64,000 nucleotides of DNA from Candidatus Latescibacterota bacterium (GCA_965206595.1 OZ242214.1:2080001-2144000); one strand, 5' to 3'. Shown: positions 1 to 11,480, counted from the first letter of the stretch. Translations and numbers: made by a program. Notes: a model not told the origin generated them from the sequence alone.

Positions 1-2
1 CT

Positions 3-902
3 CCCGGGGGCACCGGGGCCCTGCGCCTCGCCGGCGATTTCTTCAAGCGCCTGTTCCCCGGCGCCAGCGTCTGGCTCAGCGAGCCGACGTGGGCAAATCA
101 CCCCAAGGTGTTCGCCGCCGCGGGCCTGCGGACCGCCAGCTACCCCTACTTCGACTCCGGGGCCAACGGCCTCGGCTTCGATGCCTTCTGCGCTGCCTTG
201 GAGTCGGTGCCGGCGGGGGACGTGGTTCTGCTGCACGGCTGCTGCCACAACCCGACCGGGGTCGATCCGACGCCGGAGCAGTGGGTGCGGATCGGCAAAA
301 TTCTGGCCACCCGAGGCGCCATCCCGCTGGTCGATTTCGCCTACCAGGGGCTGGGGACCGGAATCGAGGAGGACGCCGCAGGGCTGCGCGAGCTGTGCAC
401 CTGCTGCGGCGAGCTCCTTATCGCCAACTCCTTCTCGAAGAACTTCGGCCTCTACCAGGAGCGCGTCGGCTCGCTGACCGCGGTGACCGGCTCCCCGGAG
501 CAGGGCGCTTCCGTGCTCAGCCATCTCAAGGCCTGCGCCCGCAGCAACTTCTCCAACCCCCCGGCGCACGGGTCGGCCATCGTCACCGAGGTCCTCCAGG
601 ACGAGGGGCTGCGGTCGAGCTGGGACCGCGAGCTCGGCGAGATGCGCGACCGCATCAACGGGGTGCGCCGGCTTTTCGTGGAAACCCTGAAAGCCCAGGG
701 AATCGAGCGGGACTTCGGCTTCATCGAGCGGCAGCGGGGGATGTTTTCCTTTTCCGGACTGGACCCCGCACAGGTGGCGCGGCTGCGGCAGAGGCACTCG
801 ATCTACATCGTCGGTTCCGGGCGCATCAACCTCGCCGGAATCACCTCGGGAAACATCGACAGGCTGTGCCGGGCGATGGCCGAGGTGATCGCGGAAAACT
901 GA
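3..902 (+). CDS. aspC: Aspartate/aromatic amino acid aminotransferase (class I PLP), 5' end outside window
   Basis: Motifs LLHGCCHNPTGVD, DFAYQGLG, SFSKNFGLY-ERVG (PLP lysine), GRINLAG. Confidence 0.9.
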   Translation, partial: PGGTGALRLAGDFFKRLFPGASVWLSEPTWANHPKVFAAAGLRTASYPYFDSGANGLGFDAFCAALESVPAGDVVLLHGCCHNPTGVDPTPEQWVRIGKILATRGAIPLVDFAYQGLGTGIEEDAAGLRELCTCCGELLIANSFSKNFGLYQERVGSLTAVTGSPEQGASVLSHLKACARSNFSNPPAHGSAIVTEVLQDEGLRSSWDRELGEMRDRINGVRRLFVETLKAQGIERDFGFIERQRGMFSFSGLDPAQVARLRQRHSIYIVGSGRINLAGITSGNIDRLCRAMAEVIAEN

Positions 903-1090
903 GTCTTTTGAGAGGCCGGCCTTGCGGCCACCGCGAGTGTGAAGCGGGGCCGCTGACTGCGAGGTGGATTGGACGGTGGTGCTGGTCCGCGGCCGGTTGA
1001 GTAGACCCCTTCGATCACCAGAGGCCTCACTTTGACGACAGTTGGCGGGGCCGCGCGGAGCATGCGGTTTTGACAGGGGAAAACGAGTTG

Positions 1091-1660
1091 ATGGGCAGTG
1101 ACCTGAAGGGAGTTATTGCAGCGCTAGTTTTACTGGCATTCGGGTGTGCCGGCGGAGGCGGGGGCCCGGTCGGACCTTCCGGCACCACGTTGGCAGGTAC
1201 CTGGATCGATTCTCGGGATTCGGAGGACTCTATCCTCTTCCGGACCGACGGCACCTTTCGCAACGTTGCCGACGGCGATACCGCGGACGGCACGTGGCAG
1301 GCTGCGAACGGAATACTGACGCTGCGCTGCGAAGGGACGTTCAAGCCGGTGATAATCGGAGACTCGCTCTCCTTCGAGGCCGTGCAGCGAGGGTGTTCGC
1401 GGCTGGCGGATTGCGTCTTCACGGGAGTGGGACAAAAACTGGAAGGCTCGGACTGGGTCGACGAGTTCGGCCTGGTGCTGCGGTTCGAATCGGACGGGTC
1501 CTACTTCTGGGGGAATGACCTGGAACTGGGCTCGTGGGTGAGCGAAGGCGGGAACATCGTTGTCATCTCAGTCGACAAACCCACGTACGTGATCAACGGA
1601 GAGGTGCTCATAATCAGGCGCCATGACGAAACCGAAGGCACCACGTTCCGGCGAGGTTGA
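1091..1660 (+). CDS. Putative lipoprotein with two short internal beta-rich repeats
   Basis: Signal peptide with lipobox LAFGC; repeats GTWID..ILFRTDGTF and GSDWVD..LRFESDGSYF. Confidence 0.6.
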   Translation: MGSDLKGVIAALVLLAFGCAGGGGGPVGPSGTTLAGTWIDSRDSEDSILFRTDGTFRNVADGDTADGTWQAANGILTLRCEGTFKPVIIGDSLSFEAVQRGCSRLADCVFTGVGQKLEGSDWVDEFGLVLRFESDGSYFWGNDLELGSWVSEGGNIVVISVDKPTYVINGEVLIIRRHDETEGTTFRRG

Positions 1661-1716
1661 GCCAGCGGCGATCCGGGAACGAAACGACCTGCCCAGAGAG
1701 CAATTGCCCGCCGGCA

Positions 1717-2919
1717 CTAGGAAACTGGTTCGGTCGACAGTTCGCGCAGGCGCCCGACGATCCCGGGTAGCACCTCAAGACAGCGCACCACCTCCGCCCC
1801 GGTGTTCCCCCACCCCAGGCTGAAGCGCACCGACGAGGAGGCGAGGCGCGGTTCCAGCCCCATGGCGAGCAGGACGTGCGAGGGCTCGGGAGCCCCGGAG
1901 GTGCAGGCCGAGCCGCTCGCAACCGCGATTCCCTCGAGGTCGAGACCGAGGATGACCGCCTCCGCCTCGACGCCGCGAAAGACGGCGTTGCAGGTGTTCG
2001 GCAGGCGCCCGGGATCGCGCCCGGCTTGGGAGGCAGCCGAGCTCCTGCCGTTGATCTCGACGGACTCCAGGCTCGAGAGGATGCCGGCTTCAAGCTGGTC
2101 GCGCAGCCTGCCGACCCGCTTGGCCGGGGTCTTTCCGGTCCCTTGCAGTTCCTCCTGGGCGAGTGCCGCGGCCGCTCCGAAACCGATGATTCCGGCGACG
2201 TTCTCCGTTCCGGCGCGTAGCCCCCCCTCGTGGCCGCCGCCGTGGGCGAGCGCGTGAAGCTGGGTTCCCGGGCGCACGAAGAGGGCGCCCACCCCCTTGG
2301 GGCCGTTTATCTTGTGAGCCGAGATCGAAATCAGGTCGGCGCCGAGGTCGGCCGCCCGCCACGGCAGCTTGGCGAACGACTGCACCGCATCGACGTGGAA
2401 GAGGCTGCCCCGCTCCCTGGCCGCGGCGGCGATTCCGGCGACCGGCTGCAGGCGCCCGGTCTCGTTGTTGGCGTGCATGACCGAAACCAGCAGAGTCTCG
2501 TCGTCGATCAGCTCCTCAACCCCCTCGGGAAGCACGGTACCCTCGCCATCGACCGGGGCGTACGCGACCTCCATTCCCAGCTCCTGCAGATGCTCGCAGG
2601 CGTGCCATACCGCGTGGTGCTCGATGGAGGAGGTGACGATGCGGCGGCGCCTGCTGCCTGCGGCGCGGGCTGCGGAAACCACCCCCTTGATCGCCCAGTT
2701 GTCCGACTCGGTACCGCCGCTCGTAAAGCAGACCTCGCCGGGAGCGCAGCCGAGGGCGGCCGCCACCTGCTCGCGCGCCTTGTCGACATCCGACCTGGCC
2801 CGGCGCCCGGCCGCGTGCAGGCTCGAGGGGTTCCCGGCCAGCCCGCCGAGGTGGGGCATCATCGCTTCGAGCACCTCCGGCCGCACCGGGGTGGTGGCGT
2901 TGTGGTCGAAGTAGATCAT
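1717..2919 (-). CDS. iscS: Cysteine desulfurase (IscS/NifS family)
   Basis: MIYFDHNATTP, TSGGTESDN, HVDAVQ, SAHKINGPKGVG, SGSACTS; ATG at 2919. Confidence 0.92.
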   Translation of the reverse strand: MIYFDHNATTPVRPEVLEAMMPHLGGLAGNPSSLHAAGRRARSDVDKAREQVAAALGCAPGEVCFTSGGTESDNWAIKGVVSAARAAGSRRRRIVTSSIEHHAVWHACEHLQELGMEVAYAPVDGEGTVLPEGVEELIDDETLLVSVMHANNETGRLQPVAGIAAAARERGSLFHVDAVQSFAKLPWRAADLGADLISISAHKINGPKGVGALFVRPGTQLHALAHGGGHEGGLRAGTENVAGIIGFGAAAALAQEELQGTGKTPAKRVGRLRDQLEAGILSSLESVEINGRSSAASQAGRDPGRLPNTCNAVFRGVEAEAVILGLDLEGIAVASGSACTSGAPEPSHVLLAMGLEPRLASSSVRFSLGWGNTGAEVVRCLEVLPGIVGRLRELSTEPVS

Positions 2920-2920
2920 G

Positions 2921-4135
2921 TCAGTTGGGCTGGACCTCGAAGGAGATGGCGCGCACCAGAATCGGGGCCGCCGAGTGGACCTCGGGCACACTCTCGAAGG
3001 TGTCGCCGTTGGAGTAGGTGAATGTCTCGGGGTCGCCGCTTTCAATCTCCCCAGCGCGCAGCACCTCGACGGGGGGGGAACCTATGAGCTGGTTCTGCAG
3101 AAACTCGGCGAGCAGGGCATCCACCTGGTCGAGACCCTGGAAACGGTTGAGCTGGCCGTTGCTCACGAGTTCGGCGAGCTCCTCGAAGAGATCTTCGCGG
3201 AGCTCAAAATCCAGGCGCTCGGCAACGACGAAATAGAGCGTGTACACCTCGTTTACCAAGTTGAGGTCGATCCAGCTCTCTTCGCCCGGACCGTACTGCA
3301 GGCGGGCACCGTACACACGGTCGTCGGAGAAGATTCCCTCCCGCCATCCGTTCGAGAGCTGCAGGAAAGCCCAGACCGCGCAGGTCCTGCTGACCCGGAA
3401 CCGCACCTGCAGCTGGTCTCCGCCGCGCAATTCCCCGCCTTCGCTCACATCTACCAGTTGCGGGAACTCCCCTTCGAGACGCCTCACCAGCAGGTGGAAA
3501 TCGACGTCCGCGGCAAAGTCCGAGACCGCGGCCTCCCCCCCCCTGCCCCGCAGCTCGGCCAGGGCCTGCCCGCGGCGGTCCAGTTCCCCTTCCGACACCC
3601 TGCCCCGGGCGCTGCGCAGAACCGTGCCGTCCGCCCGGTCGACGAGCACCAGGCGCAGGTACGCCCAGGGCGGCTCGTAGCGCACCTGTCCGCCGAGCAG
3701 CCGCGGGGCCTCGAGCTCCTCCCATTTCCGGGGCAGGAGAGACCCCATCGACCAGCGCAAGGCCGGTTCGCCCCGCAGCTCTTCGAGAAGTCCGACGTCG
3801 AGGGCGACGGGCAAGTCGTGGGACAGGGCCGCCGACACCAGGGTCTCGTCGAGGGTCTCGGTGCGCAGGGTGCGCTTGCCGTCGGCGTCGCGAAAGCCGA
3901 GCAGGGCAACCGGCGAGTCGGACGGCTGCGCAGACGCCATCGCGGAAACCATGTTCCCCAGGACCGTCCCCACCCCATCCACGGGGGGCTTCCCGGCAAA
4001 GAAACCGCACCCGTACCAGCCCAGGGCGACGGGCACGGCCAGCGCCGCGGCGGCAGCGGCGCCCCACAACCTGAACCGCCAGGGTCGGGTGCCTCGGTCA
4101 GTGCCGGGGGACATTTCGGTAGAATCTGAATTCAT
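2921..4135 (-). CDS. Exported protein, probable FlgO/CsgG-like N-region plus DUF4384-like domain
   Basis: N-terminal hydrophobic segment; LRGGDQLQVRFRVSRTCAVWAF resembles DUF4384; start codon uncertain. Confidence 0.5.
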   Translation of the reverse strand: MNSDSTEMSPGTDRGTRPWRFRLWGAAAAAALAVPVALGWYGCGFFAGKPPVDGVGTVLGNMVSAMASAQPSDSPVALLGFRDADGKRTLRTETLDETLVSAALSHDLPVALDVGLLEELRGEPALRWSMGSLLPRKWEELEAPRLLGGQVRYEPPWAYLRLVLVDRADGTVLRSARGRVSEGELDRRGQALAELRGRGGEAAVSDFAADVDFHLLVRRLEGEFPQLVDVSEGGELRGGDQLQVRFRVSRTCAVWAFLQLSNGWREGIFSDDRVYGARLQYGPGEESWIDLNLVNEVYTLYFVVAERLDFELREDLFEELAELVSNGQLNRFQGLDQVDALLAEFLQNQLIGSPPVEVLRAGEIESGDPETFTYSNGDTFESVPEVHSAAPILVRAISFEVQPN

Positions 4136-4465
4136 GGTGAGCATTTGCCGTAGTGCCTGGACCCTGGAGTCGATGAACAATTTCAGGCTCCCGTTTCGGA
4201 AAATCGAAGGCTCGTTTTCCGCTGCCGTGAATATAACGTTCCGGCGGCTCCGGAAATCCGCTGCGGTCTTGATCGCCAGACCCCGGCAGCGAAACTCGCT
4301 TCCCACTGCAGGAGCGAATACCCGACTCGCCGGAATTTTCCATCGGCAGCCCGTCGAAAAAGCCCCTCCGGGCTGCGGCCGGCCCTTGCGGCCGCGAGCG
4401 GGCTGCAGGAGGACCCCCCGGAGGCCTGCGAGGAGAACGGGTAAGGGCCGGATGGAAAGTGGAAA

Positions 4466-6181
4466 TTATCGCTCGAGCTGCTGAACGACGGGGAGAAAAT
4501 ACTCGCATGCCACCCTCTCCCAGCTCATCCTCGAGGCGATCACGTACCCCCTGCGCAAGTTATCGGCGAGATGGTCCTCGGCCAGCCGCAGCAGGTCGGC
4601 GAGCTGCCTGGCCGCTTCCCGGCTGCGAGCCACCTCCGCCCGGCGCCGGGCGCCGGCCCCGATCTCCAGGGCTCCGGCGAGGTCAAGTTTCCGGTCGAGT
4701 CGTGTGTATTCGGCGCGGATGTAGCCGCTGCCGACCCCGCCCTTTCCGGCGCTGGCCTGCAGGAATCCCAGGCAGCCGCAAACATCGCTGACGACGCTGA
4801 GGCTCCCGAAACCGATCGGCTCGATCTGGGCTATCCCGAACGGCTCGTAGATCGACTGCCCGAACTCGGCGTCGGTTCCCTGCCGCAGGTCGCTGAAATC
4901 GATGCCGGGCATCCCGCCCCCCCAGGCATCGGGGTCGATGCCGAACTGGTTGACGAACACCACCTTGACGGCGCGCGAACCGGCGTTGAAATGCCGCACT
5001 TGCTGGTCGAAATCCTCCTCCCCGCCGGCGAGGTCGGGGAACCCCTCGCGGTGAACGAGGGGCCACCCGTACTCCGCGGCCATGCGCCTCACGGCCTCGG
5101 GCTCCCGGCGGCCGGCCGCCGTCGCCAGCACAATCAGCACGGCCCTGCGGCCCCGCCCGACCAGGATATCGTCGAGAGCCTGGCACACCAGCAGGTCCCG
5201 CCACAGCCCCTTGCTCTGCACCAGCCTCGACACGTGGGTGAAGGCGTAGTCGGGCCGGAATCCGAGGAGCCGCTCTGCGAACTCCGCGAGCGCTGCGCGC
5301 GCCGACTTCCTGTCGCCGGGGGAGATCTCCTCGGCCTCGACGCCGTTGTACACCAGCAGCGGCGGGTCGGAGCGGAACTCGCCGCCGAGGAAGGCGAGCT
5401 CCCGCATCACGAGGTCCCCCACCGCCAGAACCTTGTCGCAGTGCCAGGCGCGGCGCACCAGGGCGTGCTTGAAGTAGTCGTCCTGGCTGCCGAAGACCTC
5501 CTCGAGCCCGGCCCCGGTTTCCGCGGTGGCCCGCATGGCGTTGTAGAACATCACGTCCTGTCCCGGGGACCCCTCGATTATGCGGCGCACGGTCGCCACC
5601 TCGTGGGCGTGGAACAGGGTGGTGAAGCGGGGGTCGCCGCAAAGAATCGACCGGAAAGCGGTGGGAAGCCCCATGAATTCGTGCGCCACCACACAGCAGG
5701 GCGACGGGACCGGAACCAGGCGGGCGACCGCGTCGAACGCGGGACCGGCGAGGCGCACGTACTGCTCGTACTCCGGATCGGCCTCGTAGCGGTCCGAGGT
5801 CAGGCCGAAACGCTGGTAGAGCTCGTGCTTGAATGCGCCGAGGCCCCGAGGCGGGCCGGTGACGTCGACCAGGAGCACTTCGACCGTAACTCCTTGGGCG
5901 AGCGGCCGCCGCCCGTACACCAGGCGCACATCGTGATCCCTCTCGACCTCCTCCAGGGCAGTGGCGACCGCCGTGTCCCTGACGCCGGAGATGCGGTCGT
6001 AAAGCAGGACTCCCTGCGGCCCAAGCGGCTGCCCTGCCGACGGATCGAACAGCGGTCCTACCAGGATGGAGCGCTCCACCGACTCGCGGTACGGCCGGCT
6101 CGCCAGCAGGCCCTGCAGGACAGCGCCGATGCCGCCGATCTTCTCCACCGCCTCGTGGGTTATGTGCGCGAGAGCCGTCAT
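4466..6181 (-). CDS. GT-B glycosyltransferase, glycogen-synthase-like
   Basis: N-terminal HEAVEKIGGIG (KxGG motif), AHEFMG, FHAHE, C-terminal SIYEPFGIAQIE. Confidence 0.75.
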   Translation of the reverse strand: MTALAHITHEAVEKIGGIGAVLQGLLASRPYRESVERSILVGPLFDPSAGQPLGPQGVLLYDRISGVRDTAVATALEEVERDHDVRLVYGRRPLAQGVTVEVLLVDVTGPPRGLGAFKHELYQRFGLTSDRYEADPEYEQYVRLAGPAFDAVARLVPVPSPCCVVAHEFMGLPTAFRSILCGDPRFTTLFHAHEVATVRRIIEGSPGQDVMFYNAMRATAETGAGLEEVFGSQDDYFKHALVRRAWHCDKVLAVGDLVMRELAFLGGEFRSDPPLLVYNGVEAEEISPGDRKSARAALAEFAERLLGFRPDYAFTHVSRLVQSKGLWRDLLVCQALDDILVGRGRRAVLIVLATAAGRREPEAVRRMAAEYGWPLVHREGFPDLAGGEEDFDQQVRHFNAGSRAVKVVFVNQFGIDPDAWGGGMPGIDFSDLRQGTDAEFGQSIYEPFGIAQIEPIGFGSLSVVSDVCGCLGFLQASAGKGGVGSGYIRAEYTRLDRKLDLAGALEIGAGARRRAEVARSREAARQLADLLRLAEDHLADNLRRGYVIASRMSWERVACEYFLPVVQQLER

Positions 6182-6375
6182 CGTTGCAGTCTCATCGGGG
6201 TATGGCTCGCCGGTTCCGCTCTACTTCGCGCCGGGGATTCCCGCGGAGCCGCAAGTGCGAGTCCGCAGGGTGCTTATTCGCAAAGTATGACCCAGGTCGA
6301 ACAGTACCGCCTGGGCTTCATGGTCCGAGGGCGGCTTCAGGACAACCCGGCGGTCCGAGAGACACGCCGGGCTGG

Positions 6376-7057
6376 TCAGGACGACAGCCAGTCGATAAGG
6401 CGAACCAGAGGCGGAACGAGGTTTCCGGCGAAACAGGCGGTCAGCACCACCGCCATCGCGATCACCGGCACGAACGGGATCGTCTCTTCCACCTCCACGA
6501 GGTCTTCCGCGGACTGGTGCCCGCCGGCGACCAGGGAGCGCAGCCTGGAGACCTGTTTCCCGGTGAGCGGCTTTCCCCCGTCGCAAACGAGGCCCTCGCC
6601 TCCCTTGGGAGCGGCGACTTCCAGCCTGTGTACCGGTATCGCGCCGGGGTGCAGGTAGCGTACCGGCAGGGTCTGCACGTAGGAGTGGTTGTGCCAGCGC
6701 CGCACGAACAGGTAAGCCGCTTCGAGTACCCAGGCGATCCCGAGGAGCTTGAGATACGCGGCCCAGCCGCCGAAGGCGAAAAAGAAGAAGGCTAGGGCCG
6801 CCAGCCCCGGGATCGCGATCAGCAGCCAGCGCCGGTTTTTCAGCCAGTGGTCGACGAGGCGGTCCCCGATCAGCAGAATCCCGATGGTTTCGAGTTGGGG
6901 CAACGGGTGGCCCAGCGCCAAGTAGGCTAGCCCCAGGGTCAGGCCCAGAACCCCGGCGAGCCGCACCACCGCGACGCTCTCCCGGGCCTCGGCCCTGGCC
7001 GCGTCGCCGGGTATCCCCTCTCCTTCGACTACCGGTCGTTTCGATTTCCGGGGGCAT
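6376..7057 (-). pseudogene. Membrane protein resembling the C-terminal half of an A24 prepilin/preflagellin peptidase; N-terminal part apparently deleted or frameshifted
   Basis: Several TM helices and terminal VEETIPFVPVIA motif; ATG at 7057 is out of frame with the 6376-6969 ORF. Confidence 0.4.
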
Positions 7058-7633
7058 CACTGCAACCCCTCCAGGAGGTCCGTTTCGTCGAGCCATGTCC
7101 CCAGCGCCGCCAGCTCGTGCAGCATCCCCTCGACGCTCAGGGTGGCTCCGCTTATGCCGTCAAGGTCGCGGCCCGCGACCATCCGCACCGGCGCGCGGCC
7201 TGCCAGTTGCGCCAGAAAGAGGGCCGCGTCCAGCGGTTCCCCCTTCAGCTCCCAGGGAACCATTGCCTCCACCGCATGGATCCGCCGGGTGCCCGGATCG
7301 AGCAGCACCGCGATCAGAAGGTCATTGCACAGGACGCAGGCAATGTCGTGACGCAGCACCACGAGCAGACCCGCTTCCCCGGTTTCCCCGCGCACCCGCG
7401 CAGGAGATCGGCGCGCACCACGCCCGAACGCGGCGGCGGCCCCGGGGCCGGTGCAACTGCCTCTTCCATCGCCACGAGGGCGCCTTTTGCCGCAGCAGAT
7501 CGGTGAGGTGGCGGTCCGAGGGCACCGCGGGGAGGGCCGCGTCGAAGTAGCGGTCCCGCGCCGCGAAGAAGGCTGCGAGCAGGATCACGAGCACGGCTGC
7601 GAGCAGAACGACCAGGCCGCTCAGGGCAAACAC
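7057..7633 (-). pseudogene. Membrane-anchored FMN-binding domain protein with CxxC, split by a frameshift
   Basis: N-terminal TM in ORF 7322-7633; CVLC and the flavinylation-type motif DGISGATLS in ORF 7057-7395. Confidence 0.5.
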
Positions 7634-7890
7634 CGCGGGATGACGCCAGGGCGCTCTGGGTGCCTCTGTTCCGGCAGGTTCGGAGGCCGGCGGAACCGGT
7701 TGGGAAGAATCGTCGGAGGAGATGTCGCTGTCTCGCTGTCTATGGAGTCAATCGACCTCGGCGGCCGCCAAGGTCGGCGGGACCGGACACGATAGTGGAT
7801 TCTGGGGCTTTTCCGCAAGGCCGGGGGAGGAGGATCCGCCTTGACTGGGGGCATCGCTACGGGTCAATTGACATCGCCTCGTTTCTTTTC

Positions 7891-9335
7891 GGCTCGTCAG
7901 TAGAATTCGTGGGTGAATTGTGGCTCGGGTAAATCGCCGAGCTGATGGAATGAAGCGATTTGGAGTGCCTTGAAGGTGCGGCATCCGAATGCTTTTCTCC
8001 CTGTCAGATTCCATTTCAGGTTCAAGCCCTCGACCATGCCGTTGTTGAACTGCTTCCTGGCCCTGAACCAATTGAGGATGAGCTCTTGGTGACGCCGCAG
8101 CATTCCGGCGATGTCTTTCATCGGTTCGATGTTGCTTCTCATCGTACGGAAACACCCGCGCTGGAGGAACTTCTCAGCCCACGCGGAGTAGGTGTAGTCC
8201 CAGAAGCGCTGGAAGTCCTCCTTGAGCAGGTAGGCTCTGACCGTCCGCAGGTTCATCTTCAATAGCTCCGACAGCTTCAAGCCTTGGGGGGGAGTCGCTG
8301 AGGTTCTCCTTGCGCTTCAGGAAGCACCAGCGGCTCTTGCTCAGGACCGGATCCTGGCCCTGTTCTTTGAGTCTGCGGGCCTCTTCGGCACGGACTTTGT
8401 CGAGGGCCTTGCTGAAGTGCTGCATGAGGTGAAAACGGTCGAGAATAGGTACCGCGGTGGGGAGCCGCTTGCTGATAACGTCGAGGTAGGCTTTCCAGAT
8501 ATCAGAGCAGATGACGGTAATCTGGTCGAGGAAACGGGTCGGCTCCTGCTCGCCGCCGGCTTCCTGCTTGCGCCGGTGCTCCTGCTCCCGTTCGGTAAAG
8601 CCGTCGTTCAAGGCCTTCTTCGTCCGCTTCTCGCCCATCCACAACAGGCGGCGGCGGTGGGGGTCGATCTGGTACAGCAACGTCAGATAATGAGGCCCCT
8701 TACGATACTGGATTTCATCCACGCCGAGGGCCGTGACCTGGTCGAGGCAGCGATGAGCGAGCCCATAGTCCACGACGTACTGGACGGAGTGGTAGACCTT
8801 GTCCCAACGGGTCCGGAAGGAACGCGCCACCTCGATCCACGACAGTTTTTTGGCCCCTGGGCCAGGAAGCAGCGGTAGAGGTCGGTCAGGTGGTGCTTGC
8901 CCGTGCTCCAGGGGACCTTCTCGACGACCACCCGGCCGCAGGCTTTGCAGGCAACCCGGCGCATGCGATACACCAGAAAGACCGGAAACCCCCAGAGGGG
9001 AACAAACTCGAACAGCCGGGCCTCGGGGGCCGTGTCATAGGTGGGGGCCAAGTGACCGCAGCCGCTGCACGCGCCCCGGGAGTTTTTCCGTGGCCTTATC
9101 CTCACCATTATCCTTCCGTGCCGGTCAAAATGACTGCCCTCAAACACAAACCGCTTGAAGGTCGTGCACCGGTTTAGTACCGTGATCAGGCGCATCGTTC
9201 CCTCCACAGGTAGTTGGGTTCCGTCTTGGTGGACTGTCCCAACATACCGGGGGATGATGCGCCTGGGCTACCTGGCCTCCTCTATTCCCATCGCCGCAGC
9301 CTCCCCTCCTCACCCACAGATTCTCCAGAGGAGCC
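7891..9335 (-). mobile_element. ISL3-family IS with frameshifted transposase (three ORF pieces)
   Basis: Imperfect IRs GGCTCGTCAGTAGAATTCGTGGGTG / GGCTCCTCTGGAGAATCTGTGGGTG; 8-bp TSD TTCTTTTC (7883-7890, 9336-9343); motifs CSGCG, LGVDEI, DRFH, EGLN. Confidence 0.92.
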
Positions 9336-9351
9336 TTCTTTTCTATCTCAG

Positions 9352-11211
9352 CCCTTGTTATTCATACAACCAGCGCATAAGCGGGCCTAGGCGCTTCCGA
9401 GACCCCACTGCATAGCCTCCAAGGCCTGCCTCCCTTCTATAGTTGCCTTTTTGGGTAGAGCCGTCCCCCTATCTCTACCGACCTTGTTGAAATTGTACGC
9501 GCCTCCGCGGAGACGCTTTCCTTGCGAGCCGATTACCCCCACCGACCCGGCCCGGGGTTACGCCATCCCCATATCCACGGGTCTGAGCGTGGCCAGGAAC
9601 CTCCACAGCCGGTCCCAGGGAGCCGCCATCCCTTGGGTCAGGATGACGCCCACCCTGCGTCCGTGCAAGGTGACGCGGGACGGCAGGCGCAGGTAGCGCC
9701 GTCGAAAGCTGTCCAGGCTCAGGGCCGTCGTCGAGCGTCCGTACTTGCGGGGCCGCCCGCGACGGGCCTCGGCGCGCTCGGCGACTTGACGGCCCAGGTG
9801 CAGCAGGTTGTAGGCCAGCAGGTTCAGGGTCAGGATCGCCTGGTTGGCGGCGAAGGCATCCCGGGACGGGGTGCGCTGACCCGGTGGACGACCGCGGTAG
9901 TGCTGTTTGCGCCGGGTGGTCGAGGAGAGCTGGGGCTGAAGGGTGGAGCTCAGCTCTCCGAGCATGCGCTCGAAGAGGCCGCGCTGACGGTAGAAGGCGA
10001 CCACGTCGCGGCCGCCCATCGTCTGGGGACTTTGGTCGGTGATCAGGAAAAAGTGGCGGGCGATGGGCAACTCCTCCGTCTCGGAGGGGACCCATACCAA
10101 TACCACCCGTCGGGGCTGCGCCCAGGACTTGGCTTGATAGCGCAGCTCGCGACAGCGAAAACCCTCTTCCCGCAACCGCTCCGGGTGCTGCGCCAGCTCC
10201 TGCTGATAGGCTTCCACCCAGGGACGAGCCAGCTCCTCCAGGCGCGCATTCTTCTTGATGCGCGACACGTACGAGGTGTTGTCCCGCGCTTCCAGCCGGC
10301 TCAGGAAGGGCCCGCTCACCGAGGCCGCGTCGAAGCGCAGGAGGACGCGGCCGGCCAGGTGCGACTGAATCCAGTCCAGGCGCTCCAGGATAGCCGCTTC
10401 GGCGCCCTCATGCGCGTGCACGTTGCCCGGCCGCAACACGGCGCCGAAGAAGTCGCCGGTCTGCGCCGAGCCGATGATCAGAGGATGGAACCCGGAGGCG
10501 TGGAAGTAGCCGTTGTACTCCACCCCCTGCTGGTGTCCGTGCACCGGCATCGGCAGGGCATCCATGTCGACGGCCAACTCCTCGTAGCGCAGCCGTCGTT
10601 CCAGCAACTGGCACCGGGACCCGGCGCTGCGCAGCACCGCTTCCTCCAACACCGCGCGGTTGCAGGCGCTGGAGGCTTGCCCGATCAGACGCGACAGCGT
10701 CGGCTGACTGGCCAGTCCCTGCGGCCGGCCTTCGTCGGCTGGGCGCAACGGCGACTGCCCTTTGCGATCGCTGACCGCCAGACGCAGGATCGGATCCTGC
10801 CGCAGCACGTCGGCGTCGGCGGCGTGGGGCAAGCCCTGCGCCATCAGCACGATCTGCGTGCGCAAAAGTTCCGACAGCGGGTGCGTGATCTGGTCCGGGC
10901 TACGGCGGTCCTCGAAGTGGGCATCCACCCAATCCAGAACCTGGCTGTGTTCAAGCAGTTGCCGCAACACCAGCGCACCGGGGTCGCCGCTGAGGTGAGT
11001 GGGGCGAGCTTCAATGTGAATGGAGCGGTTGAAAGACGGCTGAATCGGCCCGGCTTGCGGCGACGGGGTGGGGGACGGTAATTCACCCATTGGGTGTCCT
11101 CCTGTGTGGTTGGGTCAAAGGGTGATACTGCCTTGTGTTTCCCTCTGAAACCTAAGCATGGGAGGCACCCCAGTACAGCTCCTTTTACTGAAATTCCATG
11201 AATAACAAGGG
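9352..11211 (-). mobile_element. IS1380-family IS
   Basis: 14-bp IR CCCTTGTTATTCAT at both ends, flanked by near-direct CTCAG/ATCAG. Confidence 0.85.
9558..11090 (-). CDS. IS1380-family transposase (510 aa)
   Basis: DMDALPMPVHGHQQGVEYNGYF, FYRQRGLFE, AANQAILTLNLLAYNL. Confidence 0.88.
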   Translation of the reverse strand: MGELPSPTPSPQAGPIQPSFNRSIHIEARPTHLSGDPGALVLRQLLEHSQVLDWVDAHFEDRRSPDQITHPLSELLRTQIVLMAQGLPHAADADVLRQDPILRLAVSDRKGQSPLRPADEGRPQGLASQPTLSRLIGQASSACNRAVLEEAVLRSAGSRCQLLERRLRYEELAVDMDALPMPVHGHQQGVEYNGYFHASGFHPLIIGSAQTGDFFGAVLRPGNVHAHEGAEAAILERLDWIQSHLAGRVLLRFDAASVSGPFLSRLEARDNTSYVSRIKKNARLEELARPWVEAYQQELAQHPERLREEGFRCRELRYQAKSWAQPRRVVLVWVPSETEELPIARHFFLITDQSPQTMGGRDVVAFYRQRGLFERMLGELSSTLQPQLSSTTRRKQHYRGRPPGQRTPSRDAFAANQAILTLNLLAYNLLHLGRQVAERAEARRGRPRKYGRSTTALSLDSFRRRYLRLPSRVTLHGRRVGVILTQGMAAPWDRLWRFLATLRPVDMGMA

Positions 11212-11255
11212 ATCAGGGGCATCGGGAAGCCGGATCGCCCGGCTGGTTCCGCCTT

Positions 11256-11480
11256 TTGATGCAGCTCTCACGGGAGGAAAACAAAATGGGATACCTCGTC
11301 ACAGCAGTACTGGAGCCGCTTGTCGCCGCGATTCTCGACGACGCTGGATATGTCTCACCCCGCAGAACCCTGCCGATAGCATGGACCGGCGGCGCCCTGA
11401 TGGCCATGGCCGTCCTGCTCGGCAGTGCCAGCAGCGCGGATGCGCATTCGGGCAAACATGACATGGGTTCAGACTTGTAG
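11256..11480 (+). CDS. Small hypothetical protein
   Basis: ORF with GGAGG upstream of an internal ATG and a hydrophobic segment; no recognisable family. Confidence 0.25.
   Translation: MMQLSREENKMGYLVTAVLEPLVAAILDDAGYVSPRRTLPIAWTGGALMAMAVLLGSASSADAHSGKHDMGSDL

Noticed and set aside
4571-6658. Long antisense or alternative-frame ORFs (for example 4571-6658, 22200-24161, 57290-59329)
   Set aside because: Shadow ORFs typical of high-GC DNA, overlapping genes with clear family motifs.
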